Positions 63,379 to 64,000 of a DNA stretch of 64,000 nt are shown here, piece by piece. The notes beneath the pieces were generated by a model, which saw only the letters and a list, made by a program, of their open reading frames with translations, did not search any database and was not told the origin of the DNA. This DNA comes from Octopus sinensis (lineage: Eukaryota). Within the stretch, counting starts at the first letter, position 1; every line of letters begins with the position of its first letter. Position numbers and translations under genes: made by a program. Location of the stretch: the NCBI RefSeq assembly GCF_006345805.1, contig NC_043000.1, forward strand, positions 106,330,001-106,394,000. The letters are read 5' to 3'.

Positions 63379-64000
63379 GTAACAATAAAGTTTTTAATTA
63401 GTGCAGTTACCAATTGTAATGGGTAAGATTGATTAGTAAACAATATTATGAAATATCGGAGTCAGCAGTTGTAACGATAAAAATTTGTTGTTATAATTGT
63501 ATACTGTAGGATGCGAAAGATGAACAATGCATAAAGTTTTAAGAAAGTATTTATTTACTGTTACGTTGAAAAATACCATACCTCAATGGGCAGGGTTATA
63601 ACATCTGAGAGCATGCGAAAGAAAGCTAGATGTGGTAGAACTTTCTTTTGCATAGTTTGGCGTACACAAATTGTTAGTAGTAATCCACTGATAGTGATAG
63701 ATGATGTTGTAAGAGAACAGAATTAGAGCTAGTGAAAGTTGGAGAGTTGTGGGACATTGTCTCCCAGTTGCTGACAGTAAATTTCATTTCTCTTGCTGAT
63801 CATAGTCTTCAGTAGCTGCATTCCTTGTGATCATGATTCTAGCAGTCCGTTCCCTAACTAACTGAGTCGTCACAAGCCGCCTTGCTCAGTTGTAGCCAAG
63901 TGACTACTTGGTTTTTGCTTGGGGGTTCTTGCTTTTATAACTATCCAGAAGGCTAGACATATCATTGAAAACAATAGATTTAGTTGGTGGTCTTGTTATC

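Noticed and set aside
63003-63443. Ile/Tyr-rich ORFs here and at 21450-21692, 5906-6229 and similar sites
   Set aside because: Translations of (TA)n and (CA)n microsatellites.

Overview
AT-rich, repeat-dense eukaryotic DNA. The SINE/LINE families, including RTE tails ending (GAT)n, look like those of an octopus (coleoid cephalopod); this is recognition from memory, not a database hit. Two convergent intron-containing genes can be built by hand with GT-AG sites and consistent phases. On +, an LRRC42-like gene has 4 coding exons at 2404-8615; its terminal exon was not found. On -, ZRANB2 has 6 coding exons from 38603 down to 24113, covering the second RanBP2 zinc finger, the acidic region and the RS domain; the exons for the first zinc finger were not found. 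The rest is introns and intergenic DNA filled with decayed pogo, hAT/Buster, R4/Dong, RTE, CR1/L2-like and Penelope-like fragments, tRNA-derived SINEs, MITE/foldback elements and microsatellites. Most ORFs in the track are repeat artefacts. The most notable oddities are an apparently perfect 200-bp inverted copy of a decayed RTE segment inserted in a SINE, a 172-bp duplicated unit with H/ACA-like boxes, a perfect 19-bp hairpin at a candidate ZRANB2 cassette exon, candidate alternative ZRANB2 5' and 3' exons, several nested insertions with clear target-site duplications (TSDs), and a CpG-rich/CpG-poor mosaic. I found no convincing novel multi-gene system.
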